Positions 26,035-27,311 of a stretch of DNA of 27,311 nt are shown piece by piece (the first letter of the stretch is position 1; every line of letters begins with the position of its first letter). This DNA is from a virus (taxonomy: Duplodnaviria; Caudoviricetes). The stretch spans positions 1-27,311 of IMG/VR virus record IMGVR_UViG_3300031511_000004. One strand, written 5' to 3'. Made by a program: the position numbers and the translations under genes. The notes beneath the pieces were generated by a model that was not told where the DNA came from, ran no database searches, and worked only from the letters and a program-made list of their open reading frames with translations.

Positions 26035-26919
26035 TTACGTTATAATATTAAATAGTTTTTTAATTACTGGGTCTTGCGGTTTCATTTCAGCTAGCACACA
26101 AGCTACTTCAGAAAGAGTTATAGTTTCTTGAATTGGAGTGGTGTATTTATTCTTTTTACCAAACGACTGTCGATACGCTCTATTTAAAGATGTAAATAAC
26201 ATTGAAAACTTTGCTGCATTTCTAAATAAAGATTGCATGTTAACAATAAATAATTTTGCGGCAACTATATAAAGCTGTGCCCTAGTAAGAAAATCTTTTT
26301 CATCTAATTTTGTTAAATCTTTAAAATTATTAGTTATAAATTTAAAATAGTTTGCTAAGTCTCTATTTGCATAACTATAGCCATTTTTTTCATATCTAGA
26401 TAAAAATGTTATCAAATCATTCATATTTGGTTTTGTTGTGAGCATAAAATAATCCTCAAAAAAAGATGAATAATACTCTTGTAGATATGGTTTAAAAACT
26501 TGTATAAATTTTGATAAATTCATTCCTGCTACTAGATGCATACATTCATGCATTGTAGTAGAAGAAAGAGTATTGTTTGATGATGTTCCAAATATTGATG
26601 TTGAATTATCAATGAGAACTATAACTTTCTTTTTATCTACACTATAAAATGCTAAAACATGTTTGTTTGGATCTTTTGATAATTTATGTTTAATAAATGA
26701 AAAAACATTTTTACTTTTATAACACGGAATTATAATTCCTTTATGAACCAATGTTTCTAGTTGAGGAGCAACTACTTTTGCTTTAGATGATTTTTGTAAT
26801 GCTAAGATAAAATTATTTTTGAGTTTATCAGATGAGAAAAATGTAGTACCTGCAATATCTATTTCAGATTCTAAACCAGTAGGTGTTGAAAATAATTCTT
26901 GTAATTTTTTATCAATCAT
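26035..26919 (-). CDS. Putative zinc metalloprotease (HExxH)
   Basis: VLAFY...KKVIVLID...TTMHECMH; candidate distal Glu ligand in LSEVAC; AAGGAG SD. Confidence 0.65.
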   Translation of the reverse strand: MIDKKLQELFSTPTGLESEIDIAGTTFFSSDKLKNNFILALQKSSKAKVVAPQLETLVHKGIIIPCYKSKNVFSFIKHKLSKDPNKHVLAFYSVDKKKVIVLIDNSTSIFGTSSNNTLSSTTMHECMHLVAGMNLSKFIQVFKPYLQEYYSSFFEDYFMLTTKPNMNDLITFLSRYEKNGYSYANRDLANYFKFITNNFKDLTKLDEKDFLTRAQLYIVAAKLFIVNMQSLFRNAAKFSMLFTSLNRAYRQSFGKKNKYTTPIQETITLSEVACVLAEMKPQDPVIKKLFNIIT

Positions 26920-26921
26920 TG

Positions 26922-27311
26922 TTACTCCTTAAAAAAAGATAGTGTATCTACAAAACCACTATAATCATCATAATTCTTTTTAACATGTTTCATAATTTCA
27001 TTATTTGAAAAACCAGTACTTGTTTCTGGATCATTGAGATTAATCACATCTTTAAGATCTCCTGCCATTGTTGGGGTACTGGTAAAGTCTATTAATACTG
27101 GTGGATCATATTTTCGGACATACATACATAAAGCAGTTGCTAAAGCAATATCATCATGACAGCCTGTATCAGCTTCTACTTTTCCACTTTTCTTTGAAAC
27201 AAGCCCGGTCAGTTCAAGTGCTAATCGTTCTGATTTAATTGATTCTGGAAACTCAGTTATATAAGAGTAAAGAGCGTCGATCATTAGTGGTCTAGTTTTT
27301 GGAGTTGTTGC
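26922..27311 (-). CDS. terL: Terminase large subunit, C-terminal nuclease end (5'-truncated by the window)
   Basis: Frame is open to the window end: ATTPKTRPLMIDAL...GKVEADTGCHDDIALATAL, matching the T4 gp17-like TxKTR and A-x2-G-x-HDD motifs. Confidence 0.85.
   Translation of the reverse strand, partial: ATTPKTRPLMIDALYSYITEFPESIKSERLALELTGLVSKKSGKVEADTGCHDDIALATALCMYVRKYDPPVLIDFTSTPTMAGDLKDVINLNDPETSTGFSNNEIMKHVKKNYDDYSGFVDTLSFFKE

Noticed and set aside
470-26045. Short ORF-track entries antisense to or nested in long genes (470-682, 2989-3183, 5419-5724, 5763-5945, 14377-14616, 14552-14743, 16461-16655, 18324-18539, 19083-19343, 22969-23199, 25431-25616, 25805-25996, 25818-26045)
   Set aside because: They overlap well-supported genes, lack SD sites or motifs, and look like shadow ORFs.
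1-27311. Stop-codon reassignment as in some large phages
   Set aside because: Genes are full-length and densely packed in the standard code; TAG ends genes at sensible positions (336, 15709, 17464).

Overview
AT-rich window from a large tailed phage with a contractile tail (myovirus, distantly T4/jumbo-like), read in the standard code with bacterial Shine-Dalgarno (SD) sites. The + strand carries a tail/baseplate module: a 1564-aa baseplate/adhesin protein, a tail-collar-like protein, tail sheath, tail tube, a gp26-like hub/chaperone, and gp25- and gp6-like wedge proteins. It converges on a - strand block: terminase large subunit C-terminus, an HExxH protease, a tape-measure-like protein and a gp48/gp54-like protein. 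HD, metallophosphoesterase and HAD phosphohydrolases are interspersed. A shared AGAACAAAWTATAAAT promoter-like motif precedes three + strand genes. Most notable: (1) an antisense cassette between sheath and tube where four tandem small proteins carry CX2CX5CX3C, the SPASM half-motif missing from the adjacent radical SAM enzyme; (2) a probable +1/-2 programmed frameshift in the tail chaperone; (3) a duplicated six-bladed beta-propeller inserted inside another repeat of the baseplate protein; (4) a His-tract/Zn-ribbon gene with a pseudoknotted leader and complementary 5' and 3' mRNA ends; (5) a D-[SAG]-T motif recurring in virion proteins. All family calls rest on motif recognition by eye; no searches were run.
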